The notes below the pieces were generated by a model that saw only the letters and a list, made by a program, of their open reading frames with translations, ran no database searches and was not told the origin of the DNA. A stretch of DNA of 64,000 nucleotides from Azolla caroliniana (Eukaryota; Plantae; Polypodiophyta), in NCBI GenBank assembly GCA_043228905.1, contig JBHGNT010000005.1:7192001-7256000 (forward strand), given 5' to 3'. Below, in pieces: positions 1 to 13,100 of the stretch (position 1 is the stretch's first letter; each line of letters begins with the position of its first letter). The position numbers and the translations under genes are program-made.

Positions 1-870
1 TCTTCTCTATAAAGTATGTCATCCAAGGTTACACACCTTCAAACATAAAATCGAATGAAGGTAAATTGACAAACCACCATATGCTCATATGAATTCAATA
101 TTGATCCCCCAAGGAGAAACTTCGAAGTACAGACATGATCCCATGTCAACTATGACATGCTAGTTTTCCCTTTTCTCTTGCATAACAACATTTGCATTGA
201 GTGTAACACCATTTCAAGAGCTTTCTTCAAACATGCTAACAAAGGAAGACAATAAGATATTATAGAGACCATAATCAATTGGACCACCTTAAGTTGTACA
301 TGAAAATGCCATAATTGAGACTTCTAATACATAAAGTTATCCTCTAATTTTTTTAGATACCTGCTCAATAAGTTTCACTTGGGAAATTTCCACCCCAATT
401 GGATATCCAAGGTGACGACAAATCATACCATAATGTACTAACATTCCTAACCACCCAACTCTTAACACATCTTGTTTTGTACATGAAATGAGGACAAATT
501 TATGCATAGTAATTCTAAACGCTGAAGCATTTGAAAACATTTCCCACACATCTCTTGCCTTACTAATATTTTCTTGATTAAGTACCGAAAACATGATATG
601 GTTATCTACGAGAGCTGGAACAATACATGATTTCCCCGATGGCAACCTCAGTCCAAGCAATTCTTCCTCCACAACCATATTAATTGTGAACAGTAAAGGA
701 CTAACTAGGCGCCTATGTCTAATTGATCTTTGAATAGAAAGAGGTTGGGTTAATCCTCCATTAAACATCATGCGTGAACAAAATACTCCCATCATATGAC
801 CATTAAACTTAAGACATCCGATCACCAAAACCCAAACGAGACATTAACTTATCTATAAATGACCAATCCA
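1..870 (-). mobile_element. Degenerate L1-type LINE reverse transcriptase fragment
   Basis: ORF 337-828(-) carries decayed RT motifs: RSIRHRRLVSPLLF (cf. RxxRQGCPLSPLLF), ALVDNH (cf. FADD), ASAFRITMHK (cf. ASGLxINxxK) and RHLGYPIG (cf. YLGxP). Boundaries are approximate. Confidence 0.65.
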
Positions 871-910
871 CATGATCATATGCCTTGTCCATATGCATAA
901 TGCAATAATT

Positions 911-943
<33 letters not shown>

Positions 944-1126
944 GATACATATATGCTTTTTTGTCAGTTTGTTTCATTCTCTCTCCCTAATTCTCTCTTC
1001 TCTTTGCAAACACCAGATCATAATTGCGTTGAAAACCTGAAGAAATTTGAACCCATGTGAAGAAATCGACCGAGAAACTAGGAACTCGTATCTTGTTTTC
1101 ATCAAGTTTCTCCCTTCCCTGAAGCT

Positions 1127-4100
1127 ATGCATCAGCTCAGGGTCGCTAGCCCTAAACCTAAAGAAGAAGAAGTAGAAGCGAGTCAAGAAATAGATGAACG
1201 AAATCAACCTTTGGAAAAATTCAGGCTTTACGAAACAAGACAGGTTAGTATATACACTTTTAATCTTTAATTTAGCATGTTTTATGGGTAAATGTTTCTT
1301 ACCATTCTGTTTTTTATGTTTAAATTTGATCTATTCATTGTCTTATTTTCGGTCAGTAAAATGTCCTCACACGCTTTTTTTTTTCCTTTATTTATGTGTT
1401 TGTTATTTTACTTTTGAGTTCTAATATATATTTTTTAATTTCTATTCTAGAGGTTCTACTTGATTGGCAGTGATAAAGGCAAGAGATATTGGAGAGTCTT
1501 GAAAATTGATAGATCTGAGCCATTTGAATTAAACATGAGCGAAGACCCTGTTGTATATACTGAACAAGAATGCAATGATTTGCGGCAACGAATTGGTGAT
1601 GGGAACAAATCCACGGGTGGTCTCAAATTTGTCACCAAAGCTTTTGGGATTGCAGGTTCAAATGTCACTCTTTTGTCAATAAGTGTTGCGTGTCTGTGTT
1701 AATTTCTTCCTCTACCATAATGTCTAAACTGCAATTATGTGTGTCTAATGCTATGATGACTACCTGGTGTTAGAATTTTGGGATCATCCTTTGTGATTCT
1801 CATGTCTTAATGTTTAACGTTTACCTTCATCCATGTGCCTCAATGAAAAATCTTGGGCTAATAAAGCTAACAATATAGGTTATGTTAACATTTTGGAATC
1901 ATATTACCTTGTTTCTTAATGTTTAAGTTGTCTTAACATTGTTAATAATACAGGTTGCATTAAATTTTTGGGATCATACTATCTCATTCTTGTAACGAAG
2001 CGGCGACAAGTGGGAACCATTTCTAACCATGCAATATATGGTATCGAGGAGAGCCAGATCTATACAATTCCAGATTCTACTGTACAGACAGAAGCTTCAA
2101 ACACCAAGGCTGAGTTAAGGTTTGTGTCATTGAAGATCTTGAATTATAATATTACTATGATAACTTGGATCATGGTTATCTTTTATAATATTTCTGTGAG
2201 AAAGAAAGAAAGAAAGAAAGCAAGAAGTTGTATTACTGTATTTTAAGAGGCCAGAATGGTCTTTAAGACCAAACAAGAGTTTACATCTTACAATGTTTTC
2301 TTGTCTTTGAGACGACAAATCAAAATAAATAAACTAAACATCTGGTACTAATCAATCTACATATGTAAGAAATTAAGATTCTAAACTTAGATATAAAAAT
2401 TAAAGGCCATCATCACCCAGCATGAGGGAAGAACCTTCACACTGGGTGACGATGGCCTTTATTTTTCGGTGACAAGGGTGATGAGGCCAAAATTGCCTAT
2501 GAGACTGAACGAGAAAGAAAGCATCATATGTTGATGACTTCTAGAGGTCAAAATCAGCCTATGGGATAAATCATGATTACAAATATGGGCGAATTCATGT
2601 CATCCATACTGAGAGGGAAATAAAAGCTCTAGATTTCCCTAAAGCTTCATGATCATGATCATGATCTTAATGCATGTGGTGGAATGATTTTGGAGATGGT
2701 TTATAAGCATCAAGTGCATAACTAATATGTTTAGGTTGGAGCAGTGGTAATTGGACATTGTATCTGAGGGTGGTAGGTGCCGTTGAACGAGGTTATGACC
2801 ACCTTGAACAAGTACATGTCGATATCCTTGTGTGGATTAGACATGGTGAGCAATGATATTGATGTTTTGGTGGTGGTACTAGTCTCCATGTGCCTTACAT
2901 ATTTGTACTCATGGTTTCTATATCATTGGCAATCCTCTACTCGTGCTATGGTGATTTCTTGGCATGTTGTTAGTGAAGGTGTGGAGCTATGGAAGAAAAA
3001 CTCAGATGATTGTACAATTGTGCCATTGCATCCTGCATGCTAAAATAAGGGTTGATTGCCCATGCTTTTGAAGCTCAAGAAAGATTTGGCCAAACTGTTG
3101 TGGGTCAGCCTTCTCCACGATTTATCGACTGATGGTGGAATATGTACAATATGCCTCTCTGATGTGCATCCACACACAGTGCTCCTTGTTTTTTATCTCC
3201 CATTCACATAATTTGTAATTTTTTTCAGCTCTAAGCATTTTGAAGTGCTTGTCTTGCTTCAATCTCTAGTTGGTGGGAGGAAACTTTGAGTTGGCTTATT
3301 GCTTTATGGGTGCAATGTGACATAGATTTCAATGTGCCTCGGGGTTTGGATGATTCCATCCTTTGATATGTTCATGAACAGATCTTTGTAGTAGGCCATC
3401 TTTTGGGTATAAAGTTTCTATATATGTGGCTGCAGTTCCATTCATCATTTCAGAAAGAAAGAAAGATATATTAATGTCTTTTAAGAGGCCAGAATGGCCG
3501 ATAAACCCAAACAAGAGCTTACCTCTTAATTGTTGCTCATCTTTGAGAGCAAACCAAAATAAATGTAACTAAGTAAAAAAGTAAATAAAAATAGGATAAA
3601 ATGTGACTAAAGAATTTTGTCATCTATACATGTAAAATTCTAAAGTTAGATATATTGTAATTTTGTCTTCAAAAGATTGCTTGCATAGGATGATCCAAAA
3701 TGGAGAGGTTTCAGAAGCAAGGGAACCACCGGTGATGGTGGAAGGTAACAACCTTTATTTGTCAATGATAATGGTGGTGAGATCTTGGTCCATGATACCA
3801 GGGCCTATATGCATGAAAAATTGCTATTGTCCGATCTATTATAATCCCTTTGCAATGTCCTGGTCAGGATCTCGTTGTGTACCCCTTGATTGATTTGTAG
3901 GATTAATAGGAGTGACGGGGCTGAAGAAGATTGTGATTGTTCTTTGTTAATGAACTTGTGTGGCTGCATTGTTGTCCTTCAACAATGTCTTGAGTATCTT
4001 GACTTCTAGCAAGAAAGGCCACAATCACTATTGGTCCTCATTCCATTACCGTGCTAGTGGGCCAAAGCCTTCCTTAAAGAGGCAGTGGTATCTCCCTCTT

Positions 4101-7100
4101 ATTTCATAAAAACAGTGCAATGACAAACATAGGGCTCTTCAGATTCCACTCCCTGATGACACAATTAGCTCATTCTTTCTTCTAGAGGTATTTATGCATA
4201 TCTGCTTACTCAATAGCATGAGATTCACATATCAAGATTATGTTATCAGCATAAAGAATAATGTAGACGGGTGCACCTAATATGTTGATACCCTTGCTGT
4301 TTCCATGTGTGATGTAGTTTGTTACCCCATCGATGCACTGTCCAAAGAGGTCAATGAATTGTCCAAAAATAGGCTTTGGGCTGTCGAAAATTGAGTGGAC
4401 ATATAGGCCTTGGGCCGTTGAAAATTATCTGAATTTGTGCATGCTGAGGGCCTTGTGGAAATATCTGTTGTCTTATCATTGGTCTAGATATGTTTGAGAT
4501 CTATGTCTTCTGTGATGATCCACCCATAGTTGTAGTGATAATGCACCTCAATGTGATTTGTTCAGTCATAGAAAATTGGAACCTTGCTAACTGTATGTTG
4601 CTCAGGTTCTCGCAAATGATCTGAACTAGTCCGATGATGTGGAAGGTAAAGTCCTGTAAGACCTGCCTAAGCCATGCGACTTCACAAAGTTTGGCATTGT
4701 GGGACCAATCATGGAAATCGGATAGTTTCCTAGTTGGAGGGGTCTCTTGACTCGTGGATAGGCACATTCATATGCATGGTCCATGTGTCAGAACCATCCT
4801 TTACTAAGGACACATATATGAGGTGTTCACCTTGTAGTCTTGTGTGATCTTGCTGATGGTTCTGGATGGCCTTCCCAACCTTGTGTGAAGTGAGAAATGT
4901 GGTGGTAGTGAAGTGAGACTCTGATGGCTGCGTTATGAGAAGTTGGTTATGGACATGATACAAGCACTTTGCATAAGAATATCATGCTTGTGGATCCTCA
5001 ATTGAGTTTGGGGGTTATATTTCGCTGATATGTCACAAAGCTGTTGCTGAGTCTTTGCTCTTAAAGAAGTGTAAATCCTAGGCGTGCTTCAAAAAGGCTG
5101 AAATGGCTTATGAAACCAGAAGTTACATTCATGCGAATCTTATGCAAGTCCAAGATAAAGTATAATGAAATTAGACATAGAAGGAAGATATATGAACATA
5201 TTTAGGAGATCAAAATGGCCTATGGAACTGAACAACAGATTACATCTTAACATGTTGTCTCATCTTTGAGAACAACAAAACAAAGTAAATTTAACTAAAT
5301 AAATCAAGGGAGGTTGGGAAGGGGAGAGAAATTTTTAAAAAGACCAGAGATATTTACAGGTATAAGAAGTTGCTTTCAAGTGTGGACTTGACTAAGGACT
5401 TCTTTTTTAGCTGCACATACCCAATTATGCAAAGCTTACAAAGGAATATGCTTGTTGATGAGGCTGAGAGGATGCCATATGAAAACATGTTTGTTTGGAA
5501 TTCTTTTTTAACCCGGACTATACGTCAACGACTCAACAACAACAGATGGACGATTGCTCTCGTGCATGGATCATTTGAACAAGTGAGTATTCTTGTAATT
5601 CTTTCTTACCTTCTGCGTCTGATGAATTAGTCATTTAATAAAAATTTGCAACTTCTGTCAAGTGTTATTTGTCACACGAAATTTGCATATGTACTATTGT
5701 TTACTTCCCATATCTTGTCAGTCCTTTTTGAACCATTTTCTCAAATTATTTGTTCAATTAGACAGTAGCAGCTTATGTGCACATGCTTTCTCTTCCTTTT
5801 CTTGCATGCCATGTTTTAGAAGATAAAATGTGTGCTGGGAATATTTCGACTTTAGAAACACATTTTTAGACTTTAAATTGTAAAAATTTCAACTTGGGTT
5901 CAAGTCATAAGAAACATAATGAAGTGCATATGTCAACCAATCGCACTCATCCACAGATTCAAGTATTCCAGGTGGAGATGTGCAACATAGGTGGAAAAAA
6001 ATGAGGAATACTGCCTTGAACGAGGATGAATTTATATTATCAATTCATAAAGAATCATGTAAATGGTGATATCAATTATTACTGGAAATTAATATATTGG
6101 TGTTCAACACATGCATTGTACAAACTCTATTGTTGGATTGGGGGGGATGTAATTCTAAACATCAAATGAAAAGATTTTTTTTCTGTGCTACAATTGGGTA
6201 TTGAGAAGCAACTTAGGTAGCATCATTGTGCATTCATCATGTAGAAAGTAATGCCTTCTATTTCATTTCAACTTTCTTGAATGCGGGATTCTACCTTTTG
6301 AGGATTATTCTTTATATTGTGAAAGTACTTCGCTTTTATTAGTTTCTGATGCATCTATAGAAAAGATGAACTGAAGTTACTCTATATTGGTGGGAGAAAA
6401 CATCCGTTGTCCAGCAGTAAAATTGAAAGCAGCAGAAACATAAGAATATGTTGTGCTAAAGTTAAATAAAAATGTTGAAAAGCAAACTGTGGCTGCACTG
6501 ATAAATAGTCACAAATTACATTGATCAAATTTTTAGCATGCTTAACTCTGGATTACACTCTTGCTGGATGGTATGCTATAAGTCCTTAGCTATATGCGTG
6601 TTCTCAGCTGTGGACTGCAAATATTACTATGATGCTTGTTCGTGGCTTTGACATACTTTTTGGAGGTGACGGATTTTTTATCTTTGTTTCCTCCAAGTTT
6701 CTGTTTGTAACATCTTATCTACAAAACAAGATCTTATTATCCATGCCAAACCTTAGGGTTTCTGATGCAGGCAAAACAATTGGGTTTTTCTGCATAATTT
6801 ATGGATCTACTGTTAGATGGGTTTAATCAGTGTGTGTATGTAAAATTGTTTTCTATCATTTTGAAACTATCTGAAGGCCGGTTTCAGTAGGAATAATCCC
6901 AAATGTGTCTCATTAGCCTTAGTTTTACTGTTTAAAGATGGAAAAGCATGGTACCATCCCATCTCTGAAATTATTTGTGCAGAGTTGCATTTAGGTATAT
7001 TTATACCGTATTTAATATTCCTGAGATCACCTGCAAATTGTCTTTGATCTTTCAATTGAAACCATTATTTTTGTTTGTACATTTCATTAGTGCTCTTTTT

Positions 7101-10100
7101 ATATGTGCATTCAACAGTGTTCTGTTTTCTTATAGAAAAGTGCATGTCTATGGTTCAGGTAAAGATGTCCATTTTTGGGCGGGTTTTTTCTGTTACTCTC
7201 ATTGCAAGAAGATCTCGCCACTTTGCAGGGACAAGGTAAGACAGGACTGACGACCTTCTTTTTATATTCTATTAATGTTATGCTATTTGTGAATGAGGTT
7301 TCCATGATGATGCAGATACCTTAAAAGAGGAGTTAATGACAAAGGGAGAGTAGCAAATGATGTAGAAACAGAACAAATAATATCAAAGGAAGAGTCTGGG
7401 ATTATGGGATGGGAAGTCTCATCTGTTGTGCAAATGCGGGGCTCCATTCCTCTTTTCTGGTCTCAAGAAGCATCTCGCCTCAGTCCAAAACCAGACATTA
7501 TATGTGAGTTTTGGTTTAACTTTGTTTCCTACCAATAGATCTCAAATAAATCGTAACACATACACAAATTGATTTTTATGGTTGTAGTGCAAGTGAATGA
7601 TCCAACCTATCAGGCAACAAAACTGCATTTCGAAGACCTTGCAAAACGTTATGGAAGTCCTATCATTGTCCTTAATCTTATCAAGGTGCTTCAAAATCTG
7701 AATATATGTTCTTTCTGGCAATTGTGTATTGTGTTGTATCTTTTCTCAGTTATGCATACTGGATGGATGGCATTCACTTACTTTCAAAAGTTAAATTGTC
7801 TCGCCAATCAGACTGTTGAGAAGAGACCTCGCGAAATGATGCTGCGCCGTGAATTTGCAACTGCTGTTGGCTATCTGAACCAGATTTTTGCAGAGGGAGA
7901 GAAATTACATTTCATTCATTGGGACTTCCATAAGTTTGCAAAAAGGTAGATGAATACCATAAAAGTTCAGTTTTACGATCATGTTACAGAGACATTATGG
8001 ATCATTCTTTGATTTGCAGTAAGTCTGCAAATGTTTTAGCAGTGCTTGGGAGAGTTGCTAGTCAAGCACTCGATCTAACTGGGTATTATTATACCGGCAG
8101 ACCTTCAGTTGTGAAGACTAGCACTCATCATTCTAGTGTGGATTTGAGCTCAAAGTAAGGATCTCTTTCTCTCTCATTCTCTGCATGCATATCCAATACC
8201 AAAAGGTTTCAAACTGAATCAATAACAAGCTACTGCAATGCAAACTTCCACAAAATTTATAGTTATCTTGTCTATGAAGAAAGATAACCACATTTCCGTA
8301 ACTCATTGCTTTAGTTTTAAGATGAAAATCCACAAAATCTTGACATAGATGAAAATTCACTAAAATGATTGTGAATAACTGATCAAAACAGAGATGCACT
8401 CGTCAATATCACATGGAAGATAGCAAGGCTTTAGAAAAGTTGAACACAGGATATTTATCTGCAGTAGCTTGATCATAGTGATTGTGGCTATGAGATCTGC
8501 TATTATGGATATGAATCCAAAATTTTCTTGACCATAGTGAATATGACTGGGAGATATCTATATTGTCCATAGTGGTAGGAATATGTCCCGTGAAAATGTA
8601 GCCAGTGGATTTCAGTGGAGGATCTTTCATCTTTCCCAAGTCCATTAATTGTATGTTGAACCTTCTGATATAGTTTTTTTCCCTTCCTTTTCAACCTCCC
8701 ATGAAACCCTTCTTCCATCATTTCCGTCCGTTCCTGTTTTTGGGCATCAATATTTTCCTTTGACTTCATACAGTGGAGAAAGAAGTCTTATTATTATCAA
8801 TTGGTGTGACAGAAACTAAAATCTAGTGAGTGATTTACTGTATAATGTGAGCTCAAATAATATGTTTTGACTGCTAGTGGAACTATCACTCACTTATATT
8901 TGTGATTTATGGAGTTGCTTATGCATAAATGTGAGAAGGTTGTTTTCATTAAACATGCCGATAAGAGTGTTTGTGATGTACTGTGGAATGTGTTCAAATT
9001 ATGGTGTTTCTTATCTTTAGATGAAAAATCACAAATATTATATGATTATTCATGCAAGCAAAATAAATTCTACCACTGAAGCGATCAGATTTCTTCTACA
9101 GTGTTCTTACAGACAGAGATGTTTTGGCGCCAAAAGTTTTGTCGCCCGCGAAAGAGTTGAGAGAATCTTTGACTGACTTAAGTGAATTGCCAAAGTTAAC
9201 AGAGATTGAACCAAAGAGCAGTAAACAGATTGAATTTGTACAAGAAGAGGGTCAAAATGATGGCAAAGATAGAAAGGAACCAAGATATCAGAGTGGGGTT
9301 TTGAGAACAAACTGTATTGACTGCTTGGATCGGACAAATGTTGCTCAATATGCTTATGGCTTGGCTGCCTTAGGTCATCAGTTATTCTCCTTGGGCCTGT
9401 CAGATATTCCCAAGGTTGATCCACACAGCAGTATAGCAGAGGCTCTGATGGATATGTATCAAAATATGGGAGATGCATTGGCATTACAATATGGTGGATC
9501 TGCTGCTCATAATACGGTAAGCAATATTATATGTAAAATATAGCTTGTGAAATGTTTTAGATACCAAACTTTTGTATGGTGTAGTATTCTGTAAAGGTAC
9601 ATTTAATCTTCCTTTTTTACAGGTTTTTCCAGAGAGACATGGTAAGTGGAAGGCAACCACACAATCCCAAGAGTTTTTGAAGTCAATTAAGCGCTATTAC
9701 AGCAATACATACACAGATGGTGAAAAGCAGGATGCCATTAACTTGTGAGGTTATGAAGCTCAGTTCCCCATCTTATCTATGGTTGTCAACTTCATATAAC
9801 TTGAACCTCTTTATTTTACAGGTTCCTTGGATATTTCCAACCACAGGAAGGGAAACCCTCACTTTGGGAGCTGGATTCTGATTATTACTTACACGTTGGA
9901 AGTAATGGTGATGATTCACATGCATCCGATGCTTGGTAAGAGATATTATACCAAGTTAGATTTTTGCTGCGCTAAATCTATGCACTAATTAATTAATTTG
10001 TAGGTCTTTAAAGAAAATAGATTGTTCTGACTCCTAGTATTCTGTAATTTTTTTTTTCCATTGGAGTAAAAAGCCCTTCACACCCAATGCAGCATGTTAA

Positions 10101-13100
10101 TGCAAGTGTATTTGCCTAGGATGTATGTCTTTGAACCATAATTGATGCCTAGTCTATTATCATGCAATATATAAATAAGACGATGACTACATCTTGAAGA
10201 GAGGGTGCTCAATATTATTAGATGCAATATTATTAGATGGGTATCTCAAGGCAAAGCCAAAATCCCCAGAGGTGACCTTTTGTAGTTGAAGAGAGGGTAA
10301 TGTTATCAGATGGATATCTCAAGGCAAAGCCAAAATCCCCAGAGGTGACCTTTTGTAGTTGAAGAGAGGGTAATGTTATCAGATGGATATCTCAAGGCAA
10401 AGCCAAAATCCTAGACATATTTTGTAGAATTTCAGTGAAGAATGTCGCCATGCTCTAACTGCAGTTCTCATGCAAACATGAAATGGCAAAGTTATAAATG
10501 TTCATTGGCCATCCTTGCAATTTGCACTTTGTTTTGGGGAGCACTATATTTTACCTAGAGGTGGGACTTTTCAAGAAAGACTGGAACTCGCAAAAATAAC
10601 ACAAAAAAGTAATGGTTATGTGTCTATTGACACTGTTTATTGATCACAAATAAAAAAACTTGATCTCTGTGCCCATTGATGCCATTTATTGAACACAAAT
10701 AAGAACCGTAATACAAATATCAAATAAAGCTAAGCATGCTGTCTCATCATTGAGAACAACAAACAATAAATATAACCAAATATAGGGTGCCAAACTTAGA
10801 CTGAAACTTGTGCCTTAGAAAAATCTTTGACATGGGCTGCTCCAATGCAGAGATCTTGGAAGCACCTTTGGTGCTAGGTTCATAATGGCCTTTATTTGTC
10901 GCTGACAAGAATCGGAGGGCCCTGGCCTGCAGGCAAAACACAATGCTATTGCCCCATCAACACTTGTGTAGTGTCCTTTTATAGGCTTGGCCCTCCATGG
11001 TAAGGACATGGAGGGTCAGTATGTGATCCAAAGTTGTAACCCCTTTTGAAATACTGCATGTCCAGCTGAAGGCAGCCAGTTCTCTCTGCTCATATATTCA
11101 ATTCTGCCTCTAGGATCCCGCAGTATAGTGCAGCCAAGTAATGGCCAATCATAACCGTCCTGTAATTGCTTGGCATCATGGGGTCTCCACTTATGAAGAT
11201 TGGCACAATGATATGTTCTGTCCAGCTAGCAAGGAAACTGCCACACATGGCTCTATTAAAGATGTCCTCTAGCAACTGGAGCAAGGTGTCCCGGGCATAG
11301 ATAAAGTGTTCACCTACCAACCCATTATTATCTTGGTCGTTTTCTACATTTATTGGAGTAAAAAAGGTAGATTCAAGTGGGTGTGAGCCGTGTGTGTGTG
11401 TGGGGGGGGGGGGGGGGGGTTTACCCAGGGATACAGGGATACCATATAAAACTTTTTGCATATTCATGCCACACCTGAGATGAGGTCAATTGGTTGGTAG
11501 ATTGCCTCTCATAATACATTTTCCATGCTCCTTTACTTCTTGGATTAGGAACAAACGATAGACAGGTGTGATCCCTTCTTCTTCAGGACGCATCGGAAGG
11601 TTTCTCTTACGTACTTTGTGTTGCAATAGTCTCCTTATATCACGACTTTCCTCATCATACCAGGTTTGGTTGTATTGCCCGTCGTGTAGGGGGAATGGCA
11701 GTTGTGGCTGCTTTTTGCAATGGCTTTGACAATCTGCTAGGGGTGGGAAAAGATCTAAATCTAGTGTGTCATTGTATATGCCACAACTATCTTTGTGTTA
11801 AATTGGTGTTTAGACTGCCCACTTTTTGTTCTTAGCATATGCACACTTTGTGCATCCATTTTTAGATATGCATGATCTGGTGGCAAGGCAATATGTCTAC
11901 CACAGATAATGAACCCTCTTGTTTCTGGTATAAGAGATGGAGATTCCATAAGGTAATCAACTATGTTTGCACCTCCTTCAGTTCCAACATGTCAAAGCAT
12001 ATGATCTGGGCCATTATGACAAACCATTATGTATCATGAATCCATGTGCACTTTTCAAGGTTAGAAAGTGTTCGCCATATTCCGTTACTTCTCTCTTATC
12101 TTGATCTTGTCACTTCTAAGCCATTTTGACAGACCATTATGTATCACAAATCCATGTACACTTCTCAAGGCTAGAAAGTGTTTGCCATATTCTGTTACTT
12201 CCTTCATATCTTGAGCTTGTCACTTCAGGGCCATTATAACAAAACATTTTGTATCAGTCCATGTACACTTCTCAAGGCTAGAAAGTGTGTGCCCTATTCT
12301 GTTAATTCACTCATATCTTGAGCTGCTTTAGACCAATGTCTTCTGCCATTCAGTCTCCATACATGGCTTCGCATGTGACAGATATAGTTGTTTGTTCATT
12401 TGTAGTTCATGCATTGAAGTACTTCCAATAGCACTATATCCCCCATACTAGCAAATATTATGATATCATCATATAATGGTAGATATGGTGATTCTCTGAG
12501 AGGTGCAAGCCATCACCCAGGCAGATGGAAAGTAGTAAATTTCAATTTATAGCTCTCTAAGATCCCCCCTGTTGATTCATATCCACAGTTAATGCACATC
12601 TACATCATTATCCACAACATGCACTCTACTGCACATATCTATTTCCAAGAACCACAAACTAAATTGTGGTTTTTTTATACGCTTTTAAAGCCAACTCTTT
12701 TCTATAGAATAGACATTTGGGAAGCAAGCTTTCATAAGGCACATACGTGGACAGATGTGGAGAGACTTTTAGTCTCAATGATTGTCTGCATGGTAAGGAG
12801 CAGAGGTGGAGAAACTTTTAGTCTCAATGATTGCCCCTTGATATAATGCAGGCAGAGATGAAGCAGCCCCAATAATCATGAAGACATTATTTAAATCACT
12901 GATAGATATCCAATTGCTTTGGGACTTCCATGAACAAAGGTACTCAAGGTTGACAGTAGTGATTTCTACCTATAGTGTCATCAAAACAACTTGCTGAACA
13001 TGAGATAGTCATTAGTGGTATGTTAAAATGCAACATTGGTTTGAGTCGCATGGCATACACATAAATGCACTATCCTCTTTTCAATGTAACTTGCATTGTC

